NCBI RefSeq assembly: GCF_000011465.1
Contig: NC_005072.1
Coordinates: 720,001 to 752,000 of the forward strand
Direction of reading: 5' to 3'
From: Prochlorococcus marinus subsp. pastoris str. CCMP1986
GTDB taxonomy: Bacteria; Cyanobacteriota; Cyanobacteriia; PCC-6307; Cyanobiaceae
DNA length: 32,000 nucleotides
The notes under the pieces are model-generated. The model did not search any database, was not told the origin of the DNA, and saw only the letters and a list, made by a program, of their open reading frames with translations. Of this stretch, positions 29,890 through 32,000 are shown piece after piece. The stretch's first letter is position 1. Each line of letters opens with the position of its first letter. The position numbers and the translations under genes were made by a program.

Positions 29890-30972
29890 TTAGGTAAGAG
29901 CAAGAACATCCCTATGAACAACGATCATTGATGAATTAATGTTTTCTTTTTTATTTAAGATTCTTTTTAGAGAATCACTACTCATTGATGTTATACCTTT
30001 TGCAACTTCTTTCTTATTAGTATTTACAATTCTAACAGCCTGATTAACAGTAAAATCTCCTTCTACCTCTTTAACTCCTACAACTAGAAGAGAGGCACCT
30101 TTTTGCTCAATTGCAAGACAAGCACCTTCATCTAATGTTATTTGTCCAACTGTTTTAATAGCATGAGATAACCAACTTTTTTTATTACCTACTGGTTTAT
30201 CAACAGGATGAAATATTGTCCCTATTTTTTTTTCATTGAAAATATTTATTAAATTATTCTCATTTCTGCCATCGGCTAATTGAACTTCTACACCTCCTTT
30301 TGTTGCTATTTCAGCAGCAATTAATTTTGTTGTAATACCACCTGTCCCCCATTCGTTATTATAATTTTGGATGTTTTTATCTTTTATAATTTTCAATTGA
30401 TTACTATTAACTTCTTTTATTGGATGAGCATCTTCATTATTTCTTGGGTCTTTTGAATATAAATTTTCTATATCAGTTAATAAAATCAGCTTATTGGCAT
30501 TTATGGCTAAAGCAACTAAAGCAGAAAGAGTATCATTGTCTCCATATTTAAGCTCTTCATTGGCAATAGAATCATTCTCGTTGACTATAGGTATGACATT
30601 CAGATCAATTAACTTTTGAAATGTTTTTGAAGCATTATTGAAGGATTCTCGTGAATCAAAATCAGTTTTTGTTATTAGTATTTGAGCTATATTATGACCT
30701 AGCTTTTTCATTGTCTTTTCATATAAAGTCATTAAATTAACTTGTCCCACTGCAGCTACAGCTTGAAGTGCACTGAGTTCCTTTGGTCTTGTATTCAAAT
30801 TTAATTTTTTACATCCTAATCCAACCGCACCACTTGTTACGAGAATGACTTTATTGCCTTTAAAAATAAAACTTGTTAGAGATTTACATAAACTTTCTAT
30901 TACTTGTTCTGTAGATTGATCCTCATTTCCTCTGAGAATACTAGTACCAATTTTTACGACCCATTTTTTCAT
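29890..30972 (-). CDS. proB: Glutamate 5-kinase with C-terminal PUA domain
   Basis: 360-aa ORF: [74 protein letters not shown]. Confidence 0.97.
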   Translation of the reverse strand: MKKWVVKIGTSILRGNEDQSTEQVIESLCKSLTSFIFKGNKVILVTSGAVGLGCKKLNLNTRPKELSALQAVAAVGQVNLMTLYEKTMKKLGHNIAQILITKTDFDSRESFNNASKTFQKLIDLNVIPIVNENDSIANEELKYGDNDTLSALVALAINANKLILLTDIENLYSKDPRNNEDAHPIKEVNSNQLKIIKDKNIQNYNNEWGTGGITTKLIAAEIATKGGVEVQLADGRNENNLINIFNEKKIGTIFHPVDKPVGNKKSWLSHAIKTVGQITLDEGACLAIEQKGASLLVVGVKEVEGDFTVNQAVRIVNTNKKEVAKGITSMSSDSLKRILNKKENINSSMIVVHRDVLALT

Positions 30973-31463
30973 TTTAAGAAATTAGAAATCATTTTTTCTA
31001 GGATTAATGTTAAATTTATATTTATTGGTAATCCATTTTTGCTTAATCTTTTAACTAATATTGTTTGAATATTACATCTATTTCCCACGATAATATCTGT
31101 AAAAATTCTATCTCCTATTATTGCAATATTTTTTGAGTCTTCATTCATTTCTGAAATTACATCCAAAGTAATTTTTTTTCTTGGTTTCAGAGCGTTTGAT
31201 TTATATCTGATATCTAATTCCTTAGCAATCTTTCTAATTCGTTCATTAGAGGGATTATTACTAATTAAGTACATAGAGAATAATTTTTTAGATTCTTTTA
31301 TCCAATTTTTTACATTTATTGGAACTATATTTGATTGGCGACTTAATAATGTACCATCAACATCTATTAATAAGCTTTTAATTCCTTCTTTTTGTAGTTT
31401 TAAATGAGATATTTCATATATAGGTAATTTAGAGTCCCAATAGATATTTACAAGAGAACTCAT
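30969..31463 (-). CDS. YqeG family HAD-superfamily phosphatase
   Basis: 164-aa ORF: [56 protein letters not shown]. Overlaps the proB start by 4 nt. Confidence 0.93.
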   Translation of the reverse strand: MSSLVNIYWDSKLPIYEISHLKLQKEGIKSLLIDVDGTLLSRQSNIVPINVKNWIKESKKLFSMYLISNNPSNERIRKIAKELDIRYKSNALKPRKKITLDVISEMNEDSKNIAIIGDRIFTDIIVGNRCNIQTILVKRLSKNGLPININLTLILEKMISNFLK

Positions 31464-31467
31464 TATT

Positions 31468-32000
31468 TTAAAAACTACTCTTTTCTAACTCAGATTCTAT
31501 TAAGGGTTGAACTTTATCAAATTCATCATCCTCAATTAATAATGCCCCTTGATTGATAAGTTTTCCCACGATAAAAAAAGGATCTAGAGGAATATATAAT
31601 CCATATTCTTGTTCCAATAAATTAAAACTCACAAGTAATTCATATGTTTCACTTTCCTCCTCTATACCATCTTCTTCTAACTCATCATAAATTGGCTCTT
31701 CGAGTTCACCAGATACAGTTAATGTAACTGCGGATCTTATAAGTTTTAGATCATGTTCTTGTAGAACTGCATCAGCATTCTTTAAGACTTGCTCGTTTTT
31801 CTCAATTTTTTCAATTAATTCTGGCTCATCATTTTCATTAATTTTGAATAAACTGACTGGTGTATCTACGGGTGTTAATAATGCATATTCTTTTTCTTCA
31901 ACCTTTACTATTTGTTCAAGATAACAAAATAGTTCATTTCCATTTGAATCATTTAAAATAAGTGTCTGTGCCTCATAATTATCTTTGGAGTTATGATCGT
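31468..32000 (-). CDS. DUF3727/DUF1292-like protein, truncated by the right edge; absent from the supplied ORF track
   Basis: Minus-strand frame open from the window edge to TAA at 31468-31470: ...YEAQTLILNDSNGNELFCYLEQIVKVEEKEYALLTPVDTPVSLFKINENDEPELIEKIEKNEQVLKNADAVLQEHDLKLIRSAVTLTVSGELEEPIYDELEEDGIEEESETYELLVSFNLLEQEYGLYIPLDPFFIVGKLINQGALLIEDDEFDKVQPLIESELEKSSF*. Confidence 0.85.
   Translation of the reverse strand, partial: DHNSKDNYEAQTLILNDSNGNELFCYLEQIVKVEEKEYALLTPVDTPVSLFKINENDEPELIEKIEKNEQVLKNADAVLQEHDLKLIRSAVTLTVSGELEEPIYDELEEDGIEEESETYELLVSFNLLEQEYGLYIPLDPFFIVGKLINQGALLIEDDEFDKVQPLIESELEKSSF

Noticed and set aside
1-32000. Search for CRISPR arrays, transposons, integrases, restriction or toxin-antitoxin genes, and tRNA/rRNA
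   Set aside because: No direct repeats with spacers, no mobile-element proteins and no recognisable RNA gene seen. All sizeable ORFs are accounted for by core housekeeping or conserved hypothetical genes. A tRNAscan/Infernal run would confirm the RNA part.

Overview
AT-rich (roughly one-third GC by eye), densely packed window that reads as conserved core genome of a high-light-type Prochlorococcus. This assignment comes from recognised protein sequences and gene content, not a database search. Left to right it carries: sir (partial), glyS, chlP, a VanY-type peptidase, typA, a DUF309 protein, lptB, ccsA, rpe, glpX (F/SBPase), hemA, glgC, gnd, pgl, a CIA30-like protein, a small conserved hypothetical, ilvD, a small membrane protein, a UPRTase-like protein, a lumenal-type pentapeptide repeat protein, a CobW/COG0523 GTPase, a 55-aa DnaJ-type zinc-finger ORF missing from the supplied track, purS, purQ, class II fba, a Gfo/Idh oxidoreductase, a small secreted protein, accD, prk (class I type), leuB, lpxD, proB, a YqeG-type phosphatase, and an edge-truncated DUF3727-like protein. 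I saw no CRISPR array, mobile element, phage island, toxin/defence cassette, rRNA or recognisable tRNA, and nothing that justifies claiming a new multi-gene system. The best second looks are: (1) the UPRTase homologue that has lost the PRPP-binding and uracil-site signatures; (2) a bacterial class I phosphoribulokinase with only two cysteines in a cyanobacterium; (3) the overlooked 55-aa zinc-finger ORF next to CobW; (4) the cysteine-rich insert in the CobW protein; and (5) several perfect hairpins, some terminator-like and some not.
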